A stretch of 64,000 nt of DNA, from contig JBCBZT010000010.1 in assembly GCA_039815185.1 (NCBI GenBank), positions 1 through 64,000 on the forward strand, given 5' to 3'. The notes below the pieces were generated by a model. It was given only the letters and a program-made list of their open reading frames with translations. It was not told where the DNA came from and made no database searches. Each line of letters begins with the position of its first letter. Within the stretch, counting starts at the first letter, position 1. The position numbers were made by a program, and so were the translations under genes. The DNA comes from Cyanobacteria bacterium P01_A01_bin.123. GTDB taxonomy: Bacteria; Cyanobacteriota; Cyanobacteriia; Phormidesmidales; Phormidesmidaceae. Positions 27,245 to 35,434 of this stretch are shown here, piece by piece.

Positions 27245-27460
27245 TATGGTACACAGATTTGCTTCTTGAAGATCAGATCTAGGTCTACCATCAGCACATC
27301 GATAGATGTGCGACGCAATCGTGCTAAATCAGCAATAGCCTGAATATAGTTAATGTTGGCCTCCTCCAATGGCTCGAAGGAGGAAAATCAACGTTTCTTG
27401 TTCATCTGGTGTGAGTGTTTCAGCCTGACGCTCTTCAATAAGTGCATCGTAGTTTCGTAA
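27245..27460 (-). pseudogene. Frameshifted remnant of a small cyanobacterial helical protein (STAS/SEC14-annotated family)
   Basis: RNYDALIEERQAETLTPDEQETLI in one frame continues as LEEANINYIQAIADLARLRRTSIDVLMVDL in another; no intact start. Confidence 0.5.
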
Positions 27461-27597
27461 AATCTCAACCTGCTAACAATTCACATTGGCTATGGATGCG
27501 ATGGTCGTTCGACCTGCCCAGTACGGGTTGATTACCCGACAGCAACTCGACCAAATCTTTTCCTTGTTAGCCATGATCTACTGATGAGAAACCGGAT

Positions 27598-28971
27598 CTA
27601 CGTTTCGATAGTGTAGGGTTGTGCCAGCAAGTCTTGTTCTCCCACCTGGTTAGCCGCAGCTGTTTGTCGCCAGTGGTACTGAGCCAGTTTGATAAACAGC
27701 CATTGCCATACCCTTGGCGGCAGTAGGGGAATGGGAGGCTTGGCCAGGAGTTGGGCTGCTTTGGGGGGCACATTTTGCCCTGAGGCCAAAGCTTCGCTGG
27801 CCATGTCCAACGCCTGGATCACTGATTTGACGGGAAGTCGCCCGGCGGATTGAGGGGTCTCAAGGGGGTGACCGCCGATCATGGCTTCTCCCGCGCCTAA
27901 GGCTAACCCGCCGTGCCAAGTCATATTGGTGTCAATGGCAAATCGTTGACAGATGGCGAGGGCGAGGGCGTTGTGGTGGACTTCAGGAAAGCCATTATTC
28001 GCGATCGCAAACAGTCGCTTTGGCTTGCTCTGGGGGTGGGTGGCAAAGTGTTTTGCCATGACCTCAAGCGATTTCATCATCAGGTAGGGCAGTGAATCGA
28101 TATAGAGCGGAAAGGCAAACAAGATCAGATCGGCCTGATCCACTATCGCCAGAAATTTAGTCTGGCCTTGGCCGTTGAGCAGATGACCCCGCAGCGTGAG
28201 TGACGCTGTTTCCCATCCCCGCTGTTTGAGTTGTTGCAGCACATATCCACCCAAGACACTGGAATTGCTGGGGGATTTGACCTTAGGGCTACCGACAATC
28301 AGTAAGGCTTGACCTGAGAGATTTTGGGGTGAGGCATCTAGAGTGGTTGGCTCTGCCGTTGGCATGAGCGACGTCACGGTTTGACCCACCGGAAATGTAT
28401 CTTGCCGAACCAGGACGGTTTGCAGTTGCTGACGCATTTTGCTGGGGGAAGCGGTGCTCAAGATCACTTCTGCCGCATAGGTGGGGGCATGGAAGTTGAT
28501 GGCGTTGCGCCCCACCAATACCTTGAACAGATGGGCTTCTGCATCGTTGGGCTGACGTTGGATGCCAATGCCCACGAGGCGAGGATATTTTGAATATCGG
28601 GGCAGGTGATGAATTTCGCCTTGGTAGTGCTTAAAGTCGGGCAGCACCAAGGGGAGCCAGCGATCTTGAATTTTTTTGATTTCTGAGGAGTATCCGCCAA
28701 AGGTGACAGGGGTCAAGAGTATGGTCAGGTCACTCTGGACGATGGCTTGGGCAATATCACGGCCTGCGTCAGGTTCTAGGCAGTGCCCTGGGGTTTCCAG
28801 CCAGCAGCCAAAGCAACCGACACAGGACCCCATCTGGAGGGTGCTCAAGGGGAAAGTCTGCACTGTTGCGGCGTTGTTTTGCAGTTCCTGCATGAGCAGG
28901 TCTACTACAGGGGACAGGTCTTGATCAGCTGCCCCCCTGCCATCTAAGAGCACCACGGTTTGATTTGACAT
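27598..28971 (-). CDS. Two-domain flavodoxin/NADPH-dependent FMN reductase-like protein (iron-sulfur flavoprotein-like N-domain)
   Basis: CVGCFGCW...C, TPVTFGGYS; second domain IVGSPK...SNS, FPLYIDSLP, NNGFPE. Confidence 0.8.
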   Translation of the reverse strand: MSNQTVVLLDGRGAADQDLSPVVDLLMQELQNNAATVQTFPLSTLQMGSCVGCFGCWLETPGHCLEPDAGRDIAQAIVQSDLTILLTPVTFGGYSSEIKKIQDRWLPLVLPDFKHYQGEIHHLPRYSKYPRLVGIGIQRQPNDAEAHLFKVLVGRNAINFHAPTYAAEVILSTASPSKMRQQLQTVLVRQDTFPVGQTVTSLMPTAEPTTLDASPQNLSGQALLIVGSPKVKSPSNSSVLGGYVLQQLKQRGWETASLTLRGHLLNGQGQTKFLAIVDQADLILFAFPLYIDSLPYLMMKSLEVMAKHFATHPQSKPKRLFAIANNGFPEVHHNALALAICQRFAIDTNMTWHGGLALGAGEAMIGGHPLETPQSAGRLPVKSVIQALDMASEALASGQNVPPKAAQLLAKPPIPLLPPRVWQWLFIKLAQYHWRQTAAANQVGEQDLLAQPYTIET

Positions 28972-29373
28972 CAGGAATCTTCTATAAAACGCGACTATTG
29001 AGTTCCTAACGATTTTCGACTCAAAAGTTGAGGAACTTATGAGGTGGCGGTGTCAATTGTGTAGGATTACCTGACTTACTGAGTCATCCTATTGGGATAA
29101 GGATCTATTTGATTGTTTACTGATTTTTTTAATTCGGAGGGAACTGCTAATGCGGTCGCTCACTTCGCAGATTAGACCTCTTGCATACATTGAAAACTAC
29201 AACGAAACCATAGGGATTTTAGCCTTCAGATCGGGGTTCGTACAAGAAGTCTATTGGGTTGGCAATCGCATAATCCAACAAGAACCATTGAATAACCAGT
29301 CAAATGGTTATCTTAAAAGTAGACATTTCAATATATAGAAAGAATAAATCAGGCATAGAAATCTCCTAATTAG

Positions 29374-29400
29374 TGGGTTTCTTTCCTCAACCCACCCTAC
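29374..29400. repeat. GTAG-type REP-like element (minus strand GTAGGGTGGGTTGAGGAAAGAAACCCA)
   Basis: GTAG head plus TGGGTT...AACCCA stem; a second hairpin GGTGCGTT...AACGCACC lies at 29472-29497. Confidence 0.5.
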
Positions 29401-29511
29401 AGCAGGGGCGATCGCACTGGGGAAGCGGTAATCTCAATATCTCAATTGATGAGCGTCGATACGATATTTACGGTGCGTTTTCTTGATGCAACGCACCCGA
29501 CAAGAGAGAGA

Positions 29512-29667
29512 GGAGTCAGAATCAGGATGACTGAATTCGTAACTTGCTTCTCATTGAGTACAAGCGGCCCAGGGGGACGCGGCAAGATTGGAGTCAGAAT
29601 CGGGTGACTGGATTCGTAGCTTGCTTCTCATCGAGTACCAGCGGCCTGAGGAGACGCGGCAGAGTTG
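29512..29667 (-). repeat. Two tandem approximately 78-bp repeats derived from the tRNA-Pro 3' end
   Basis: AATC(A/G)GG(A)TGACTG(A/G)ATTCG...AC(A/C)AGCGGCC recurs at 29520, 29598 and in the tRNA itself at 29675. Confidence 0.8.
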
Positions 29668-29676
29668 CAATTAAAA

Positions 29677-29750
29677 TCGGGATGACTGGATTCGAACCAG
29701 CGGCCCCTTCGTCCCGAACGAAGTGCGCTACCAAGCTGCGCTACATCCCG
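29677..29750 (-). tRNA. tRNA-Pro (CGG)
   Basis: CGGGATGTAGCGCAGCTTGGTAGCGCACTTCGTTCGGGACGAAGGGGCCGCTGGTTCGAATCCAGTCATCCCGA folds as a cloverleaf; anticodon CGG; CCA not encoded. Confidence 0.97.
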
Positions 29751-29812
29751 TTAGCGTTACCAGCATAGACTAGCACAGATAGTTTTAGCCACGGGCTGCC
29801 CCTATTTAATCC

Positions 29813-30616
29813 TTAAACAACTTGCTTGCCATACCGTTCGATAACGTAATGGTGAGCATTGAATTCTTCGGTATCTGGCAATGGGTTTAGGCGAAGGCCG
29901 GGGTCTTGATATTTGCGCACCAAGGCCAGCCAGATTAAATAATCGGCAAAGTGGGGATTTTTGGGCAACAGGGAGCCGTGCATGTAGCTACCAAACACAT
30001 TTTTGAACCGCGCCCCTTCATATTCGGCTTCGGCGTTATTGCCAAAGCCAGCGCGGGTTCTTGCTAACGGTTCAACGTCTGACCCGAGATAGGTTTGACC
30101 CGAATGGTTTTCAAAACCCACCAGCGTATTGGGAACTGTTTTGGGTTGGGCGTAGAGGGTTTTGAGCTCCTGATAGATGTCGGGCATCAAGTCAGCAATC
30201 AGGTTACCGGTACAGCGTTCTTTGACCGTAGGGCCAGGGGCTTTGGTGTCAACATCAATGATGCCAAGGCCACGGGTTGATTGGCCGTCGCCCATTAAAA
30301 AGGTGTTGCCCATGAGCTGATAGCCACCACATACGCCCAGAAACACAACGCCACTGTGGGTGTCGGCTTGAATGGCGTCCCGCTTGAGTTGATGGAAGTC
30401 ATCGACGACGGCGAGTTGATCTTTGTCTTGGCCGCCACCCATAAAGTACAAATCGGTTTGACCCGATGTGGCGCGATCGCCCAAGTTTAACCCCACGACC
30501 TGGCAATCAATCCCTAGCCATTGACAGCGCCGCTTCAGCGCAATGATATTGCCTAAATCCCCATAGAGATTTAGGTGTTCAGGGTAGAGGTGAGTGAGGG
30601 TTAAAGACAGCGTCAT
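29813..30616 (-). CDS. gatD: GatD-like class I glutamine amidotransferase (CobB/CobQ-like)
   Basis: LYPEHLNLYGDLGN, GGGQD, GVCGGYQL, GFENHSG, YMHGSLLPKNP. Confidence 0.85.
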   Translation of the reverse strand: MTLSLTLTHLYPEHLNLYGDLGNIIALKRRCQWLGIDCQVVGLNLGDRATSGQTDLYFMGGGQDKDQLAVVDDFHQLKRDAIQADTHSGVVFLGVCGGYQLMGNTFLMGDGQSTRGLGIIDVDTKAPGPTVKERCTGNLIADLMPDIYQELKTLYAQPKTVPNTLVGFENHSGQTYLGSDVEPLARTRAGFGNNAEAEYEGARFKNVFGSYMHGSLLPKNPHFADYLIWLALVRKYQDPGLRLNPLPDTEEFNAHHYVIERYGKQVV

Positions 30617-30706
30617 GTGGATTTTAGATTTTGAATTTTAGATTAAGTGATAGGCCATTCGTAATTGGATTGCACACATCTTGTCTCGAACCAGCCAATA
30701 TTCTGT

Positions 30707-30783
30707 TCTCCCTATCTCCCCATCTCCCTCTATCTCCCCATCTCCCCCTGCTCCCCATCTCCCCCTGCCTCCATCTCCACATC
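30707..30783. repeat. Pyrimidine-rich short tandem repeat (CCCCATCT-like units)
   Basis: ctccctatctccccatctccctctatctccccatctccccctgctccccatctccccctgcctccatctccacatc between murT and gatD. Confidence 0.8.
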
Positions 30784-30785
30784 CT

Positions 30786-32123
30786 CTACTCCGGCAACGT
30801 ATCCAGCGTTTTGCCCATCACCTGGCGAAATTCCAGCATGGCGGTGTAGGTGGGTAACACGTAAACAGTGTCACCATTTTGGGCGCGGTTGAAGGTTTGG
30901 GCGATCGCGTCTGCGATATGCTCCTCAGTGGCAATAGCTCGAGTGTCATAGACATCAGGCTCTAGGGCATACTTGAGTCGCACAGCCATGTCTTTGGCCC
31001 GAATGCCCGTGCACACAATCCAATCGATATTCGCTTTATTCAAGATTTCAAGCTGACTGTCCCAAAGCCAAGATACGTCCTTGCTATCGGCAATATTGTC
31101 GTTAATGGCAAAGAGGATTTTTAAGTGAGACACATTGGTCAATAAATCCAGACTCAGGGAAAGCCCCACAGGATTTTTCACCAATAGCACTTGGTAGTTG
31201 ACAAACTTTTGGCCAGGTAACTCAGAAACCAATACTTCCCCTCGACCAAAGGCGGGTTTGAACTGCTGGAAACCCTGGCTAATTTCGTCGTCGCTGACAT
31301 TGAGGAGCTTGGCGATCGCGATCGCACTCAGGGCGTTATACACATGAAAAAAGCCCGGAGAAGCAACATTCACCTGCAAATTTTTCACCGCTGTCTGAGC
31401 CAACGTGCCATTAATCGTGACATCGGTGGTGAGGTTGTCGCGCACCTGAATATCTTGGGCCCGCAAGATATTAGTAACCATGTGCTCCGTGCCGCGAAAC
31501 TCGCCTTCGTAGGGTACGGTTTCAGAATAGGTGCTAGGTAAAGACGTGTAATAGGTAGGATTAGGCAAACCCTGGGTTAATCGGGATGTGCGTGGATCAT
31601 CACCGTTGCTAACGACATCAGCTTGGGGGCATTGGGTGATGCCGTCACGAATTAGTTTTTCGGTAATGTCTACTTCGCCGTAAGCATCGAGCTGGTCGCG
31701 GTAGAGGTTAGTCACGGCAATGATATCGGGCCTCAACAGACGGGCAATGCGCGGCAGCGTCGCTTCTTCTACTTCAAAGACGGCGTGGGTAAAGTTGAGC
31801 CGTCCAGCCCAATCAGCCTCTCGTAAGAGTTGTGACAAGATACCCTGGCTCAGATTGGCCCCCGATTTGTTGCGCAACAATGTCAATCCACTCACTTGGC
31901 TTAAGATGGCGCTCAGCATCGTTTGAGTGGTAGTTTTGCCGTTAGTGCCTGTGACAACAACAATGCTAGGAATTTGAGCCACCAGAGCTTCAAAGGCGAA
32001 GGGAAAGTAGCGACTCACCAAAAGTCCGGGTAGAGCTGTACCGGAACCCCGCCCGGTGAGTTTGAGCAGGCTGACAAGGAGTTTGGCAAACAGGATAACG
32101 GGAATGAGGCGGAAGCGAATCAT
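30786..32123 (-). CDS. murT: MurT-like Mur ligase with DUF1727 C-domain
   Basis: GTALPG, TGTNGKTTT, NLYRDQLDAYGE, NGDDP, AFGRGE, LVKNP, DSKDVSWLWD, LPTYTAML. Confidence 0.85.
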   Translation of the reverse strand: MIRFRLIPVILFAKLLVSLLKLTGRGSGTALPGLLVSRYFPFAFEALVAQIPSIVVVTGTNGKTTTQTMLSAILSQVSGLTLLRNKSGANLSQGILSQLLREADWAGRLNFTHAVFEVEEATLPRIARLLRPDIIAVTNLYRDQLDAYGEVDITEKLIRDGITQCPQADVVSNGDDPRTSRLTQGLPNPTYYTSLPSTYSETVPYEGEFRGTEHMVTNILRAQDIQVRDNLTTDVTINGTLAQTAVKNLQVNVASPGFFHVYNALSAIAIAKLLNVSDDEISQGFQQFKPAFGRGEVLVSELPGQKFVNYQVLLVKNPVGLSLSLDLLTNVSHLKILFAINDNIADSKDVSWLWDSQLEILNKANIDWIVCTGIRAKDMAVRLKYALEPDVYDTRAIATEEHIADAIAQTFNRAQNGDTVYVLPTYTAMLEFRQVMGKTLDTLPE

Positions 32124-32385
32124 GGATGGGAGAAAGGAGTAGCGCACAGACTAGGGAAGTCCCAGATTGACCTAAAGCATACTATTGTTCAACAGCAGCT
32201 TGTCGCCTGCCTCCTTTTTTATCAACCTTGGAAGAACCGCTCAATCGCAACATCAAAATTTGGACAGGTAATGAAGCTGTCCAAATCTATGTCAGCGTCG
32301 GTTGGAGTTGATCAATCTTGCTATTCACTGAACGAACAACAATTACTCGTCAACTCACCAGCATGGGTGCTTGGCTTTTGACTTA

Positions 32386-32817
32386 TCAACGCTTAAACAA
32401 TCCAGTGATGCTACCTTTTACACCCGCGATCGCATTTTGTAAGCCATTTCCTGAGACCGTTGCGGGAGGAGTTGCTAGCTGAATCGGGTCGTCCTTAAAT
32501 TCTTTAAGACGGTAGCCATATTCCAGCTGGTGTTGGTTTTTGCGCAAGATGGGATACAGGCGAAACGCCCCTTCGTGGAGCTGCTCTAAACTGCTGTAGA
32601 TAGCGCGGTTGATTTCGCCAGAGCGTTTCACAGCAACGACACCCACGGGGTACCAGTGTTTTGCGGCTCGAATGCGGATGTAAATTTCGTAGTCAGGCGT
32701 ACCGTTAGACGTAAGCTGTTCATATTGTTTAGCGGCTGAAGCCCGCTCCAATGAACCCTTAGACGTTTTGGGCTTCGCTTTCGTTTTCTTGGGGCCAAAA
32801 CCGAGACCTGTAGACAT
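32386..32817 (-). CDS. HHL1-like conserved cyanobacterial protein
   Basis: GFG...K-rich N-terminus, W.PVG..V.RS, AI...L..GAFRLYP, LEYGYRLKEF.D. Confidence 0.75.
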   Translation of the reverse strand: MSTGLGFGPKKTKAKPKTSKGSLERASAAKQYEQLTSNGTPDYEIYIRIRAAKHWYPVGVVAVKRSGEINRAIYSSLEQLHEGAFRLYPILRKNQHQLEYGYRLKEFKDDPIQLATPPATVSGNGLQNAIAGVKGSITGLFKR

Positions 32818-32885
32818 GGGTACCCTCCTAATCGCACTTTATAAAAGTTTACACTCTTCTCAGCAAGAGCAACACCCCAGCCAAT

Positions 32886-33803
32886 ATGAAACCTGAGTCT
32901 CTTTCACCATCTGTTACAGCTCAAACGCCCATACCCTTTAATAGCGGCTGGATTTATGCCATGCTGGCCTATTCCAGCTGGGGGTTACTGCCGATTTATT
33001 GGAAATTTTTTCAGCAGATTTCAGCGGTGGAGGTGTTAACCCAGCGGATTATCTGGTCGATGATGTTCCTCAGTGGGTTGCTTTTAATCCAGGGGCGACG
33101 AACCGAACTAGCTGAACTGCGTCAGCGACCACGGCAGATTTTGGGGCTGTTGTTAACGGCATCTTTGTTGACGTTTAACTGGGGACTCTATATCTATGGC
33201 GTCAATACCGATCGCGTGATTGAAACCAGCCTGGGCTATTTCATTAATCCCCTGGTGACCGTGCTGCTGGGGTTCGTGTTCTTGAAAGAAAGGTTGCGAT
33301 GGGGCCAGCGGATTGCTGTGGGACTCGCAGTGATTGGGGTGGCCTATTTTGTCTGGCAGTTTGGCGCTGTGCCCTGGATTGGCTTGGGGTTGGCCTTTTC
33401 TTTTGCCTTTTATGGACTGTTGCGCAAACTGGTGCAGGTGAGCCCGATGGTGGGTTTGGCGGTGGAAACAGGATTGATTACCCCAATCGCGATCGCGTTA
33501 GTGGGTCACTGGGCCGTACAGGGTACTGGGCATTTGGGGATCGACTGGCGCTTAACCCTGCTGTTTATTGGCGCGGGGGTTGTAACCTCGATGCCGCTGC
33601 TGTGGTTTAACAACGCGGCTAAACGACTACAGCTCTCAACCCTGGGCTTTTTTCAATATATGGCACCGTCGATTCAGTTAGTTTTGGGCGTGTTTTTGTA
33701 TCGTGAACCGTTTACGATCATTCACGCGGTCACCTTTGGCTTCATTTGGACGGCGCTACTGCTGTATTCCACAACATCGCTACGCCAGCGGTCAGCATCT
33801 TAA
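32886..33803 (+). CDS. rarD: EamA/RarD-family DMT transporter
   Basis: WGLLPIYWK, NWGLYIY, SLGYFINPL, YGLLRK, LGFFQY.AP. Confidence 0.9.
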   Translation: MKPESLSPSVTAQTPIPFNSGWIYAMLAYSSWGLLPIYWKFFQQISAVEVLTQRIIWSMMFLSGLLLIQGRRTELAELRQRPRQILGLLLTASLLTFNWGLYIYGVNTDRVIETSLGYFINPLVTVLLGFVFLKERLRWGQRIAVGLAVIGVAYFVWQFGAVPWIGLGLAFSFAFYGLLRKLVQVSPMVGLAVETGLITPIAIALVGHWAVQGTGHLGIDWRLTLLFIGAGVVTSMPLLWFNNAAKRLQLSTLGFFQYMAPSIQLVLGVFLYREPFTIIHAVTFGFIWTALLLYSTTSLRQRSAS

Positions 33804-34091
33804 CGCCGGCTCCAAAGGAGAGGACACCAATTATCTCAAAACCTAGTGATTATCCTCTCAACACTCTGAATATGAGGGTATGAGGACAAAGACTATTGAG
33901 CTAAAATTTGGACGAAATTGCTTCCTGGCTGCATCTTGACAAGATTGGCAACGGCCAATTTTTTCCTGTTTCGGCAAGCTATGGCATGGTGTAATGAGTT
34001 TGTTGGATGCCACCTATTGACCATGGCCTATGGCTATTGCCCCCGTTTGTTAATACGCCTAGTATCCCTCCTGTTGTTCCAATCTGATGCC

Positions 34092-34475
34092 GTGGTTTTT
34101 CGTCTTATCTTGGCTGTTCCAATGACAGTAATTACGATCGGTCTGAGTTGGGGACTACCTCAGTCTCCTAGCTGGGCCAATGAGTGTTGGGATTTGGGCT
34201 TGGGCGACTTGCTCGAATCAGCCAACACCGAAACCGTTGATGGCGCGATTGTGCTGGGGCAGGTTCCGGGGCGACCTTATGTAGTTGCCGTACCCGGTAG
34301 CGACAGGGCAACGCTAGCCCAAATCAAAGTCTGTATTCGAGATGCATTTGTCACGCGCTCTACCGCCGGCGAATATATTCAAGCGGGTGCGTTTAATAAT
34401 CGTCTAGAGGCAGAAAGCATTAATCACTTTTTACGATCCCAAGGGTATGATTCACGTGTAATTTATTTACCCTGA
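34092..34475 (+). CDS. Conserved cyanobacterial exported protein with SPOR-like C-terminus (start uncertain)
   Basis: Signal-like N-terminus; RPYVVAVP ... DAF ... YIQAGAF..R..AE...LR..G.D.RV.Y. Confidence 0.65.
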   Translation: MVFRLILAVPMTVITIGLSWGLPQSPSWANECWDLGLGDLLESANTETVDGAIVLGQVPGRPYVVAVPGSDRATLAQIKVCIRDAFVTRSTAGEYIQAGAFNNRLEAESINHFLRSQGYDSRVIYLP

Positions 34476-34594
34476 GGGCACGATAGGCTAGGTTGTCCTT
34501 AAAGACTTCCTTATCCCCATCTGTGATCGCAGATGGGGATGGCAAGCGAAAGAGATACTGAGTTACAACGGATACATAGATTGAGACGGATACT

Positions 34595-35434
34595 GTGTTG
34601 AAAAGAAGAATTTTTGCGATTGCCCTACTGACTTTTCTCATCACCTCAGTGTGGGCATCAGGTTTAGGAGCACAGTCTTCGTTTCCGGTGCGGGTCGATC
34701 GATGGCTGGAGGTGCGTCGGTTGTCAGGGCAGGTATTTCTGCTACAGGGGAACCAGCAACAAACGGCACGCATTGGGCAACGGTTGCAGTCTATTGGGGA
34801 TGGGGTGCGAACGCGTAGCAACTCTGAGGTGACCCTAGCAATTGATAGCACTGTGGGATTTGTTCAAGTGTCTGAGAATACAGATTTACAGATTACTGAA
34901 CTGCGCGGGACAGCCCGGGGCGGTCGAGTCACAGAACTCACGGTAAACCGAGGCCAAGCTCGAGTCCAAACTCGGCCATTTACCAATCCTGATACCCGCT
35001 TAGATCTGCGTACGCCAGCGGGGATTAGTGGTGTCCGGGGAACTGTGTTTGGCGTTACAATTCAACCCAATGGGCGTACGGGTGTTGCTACTGAGGAAGG
35101 GACTGTGGTCTCTGAAGCCCAAGGGGTAGCAGTTGACGTTAACGCGGGCTTTCAAACGTTGATTGTACCGGGAGAAGCGCCACAGCAGCCCATGCCTTTA
35201 AGGGATGATCCGAGCCTAGACTTACAAGTCTTGCGAGAGATAGATGAGGCAAAGGTAGAGATCGAAGGTCAAATCGACCCGGTTAATTTACTGATATTTG
35301 ACGGCGAAACACAGCAAGTCGAAGAATCAGGAGCGTTTCGGCTAGTGTTTGATTTGCCGGACAATCGCCGGATTTTGCTCTCTGTGCGCACACCCCTGGG
35401 TACAGAACAAGTTTATGAACTGGTCTCTCCCTAA
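34595..35434 (+). CDS. FecR-domain exported protein
   Basis: Signal peptide, GDGVRT, TPAGISGVRGTVF motif. Confidence 0.85.
   Translation: MLKRRIFAIALLTFLITSVWASGLGAQSSFPVRVDRWLEVRRLSGQVFLLQGNQQQTARIGQRLQSIGDGVRTRSNSEVTLAIDSTVGFVQVSENTDLQITELRGTARGGRVTELTVNRGQARVQTRPFTNPDTRLDLRTPAGISGVRGTVFGVTIQPNGRTGVATEEGTVVSEAQGVAVDVNAGFQTLIVPGEAPQQPMPLRDDPSLDLQVLREIDEAKVEIEGQIDPVNLLIFDGETQQVEESGAFRLVFDLPDNRRILLSVRTPLGTEQVYELVSP

Noticed and set aside
29150..29338. 62-aa AT-rich ORF
   Set aside because: No recognisable motif; it may be a gene fragment but cannot be supported.
29512..29667. Possible additional tRNA genes or CRISPR
   Set aside because: Only the 3' arm of tRNA-Pro is copied; there is no anticodon or D arm, and the inter-repeat sequence is itself repeated.
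29544..29768. 74-aa ORF over the tRNA
   Set aside because: Antisense shadow of tRNA-Pro and its repeats.
30631..30892. Pro/Ser/Leu-rich small ORFs
   Set aside because: Artefacts of the CCCCATCT tandem repeat.
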